In this document: positions 14,014-14,061 of the stretch, one piece after another | How the letters are laid out: every line of letters begins with the position of its first letter | Position numbering within the stretch: the first letter of the stretch is position 1 | DNA from: an uncultured bacterium | GTDB taxonomy: Bacteria > Hydrogenedentota > Hydrogenedentia > Hydrogenedentales > JAEUWI01 | Assembly (NCBI GenBank): GCA_963977445.1 | Contig: CAXBPH010000188.1 | Location: 1-14,061 of the forward strand | DNA: 14,061 nucleotides | Reading direction: 5' to 3' | Program-made: the position numbers and the translations under genes | Notes under the pieces: generated by a model | What the model saw: the letters and a program-made list of their open reading frames with translations, nothing else | Told to the model about the DNA's origin: nothing | Database searches by the model: none

Positions 14014-14061
14014 ATTGGACACGTCCGATTTCTTCTTCTTCCTTCGTGCTCTTCGTATCTT

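Noticed and set aside
13741..14022. 93-aa minus-strand ORF, and a retron msr-msd reading of the inverted repeat
   Set aside because: The ORF runs through both repeat arms with no RBS or motif. There is no reverse transcriptase in the window, and self-hairpin arms fit REP elements better.

Overview
GC-rich bacterial chromosomal window with four blocks. (1) A TAXI-family solute-binding protein gene on the minus strand (<1-1607). It runs off the window edge, is missed by the ORF track, and carries an extra C-terminal TM segment and cytoplasmic tail. (2) An expanded phage-shock-protein (Psp) locus. pspF is divergent from a consensus sigma-54 promoter with paired upstream activator sites and an IHF-like site. 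The promoter drives pilZ-like, pspA, pspB1, pspB2, pspB3, pspC1, pspB4, a 9-mer repeat hairpin element, pspC2 and two small membrane ORFs. (3) A secreted hypothetical protein, then tRNA-Gln(CTG) and tRNA-Glu(CTC), followed by an att-like array of GGGTGTCGCA repeats and an orphan HTH gene, probably an integrative-element remnant. (4) A GT2, SAM methyltransferase and GT-C-like membrane protein module, whose last gene appears to carry an in-frame palindromic insertion, followed by a REPIN/MITE-like element with perfect 26-bp inverted repeats. The best candidate for a new system is the Psp operon, with four PspB paralogues (one carrying a type IV pilin-like helix), two PspC paralogues and a degenerate PilZ gene in first position. 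All calls come from reading motifs by eye; no searches were run.
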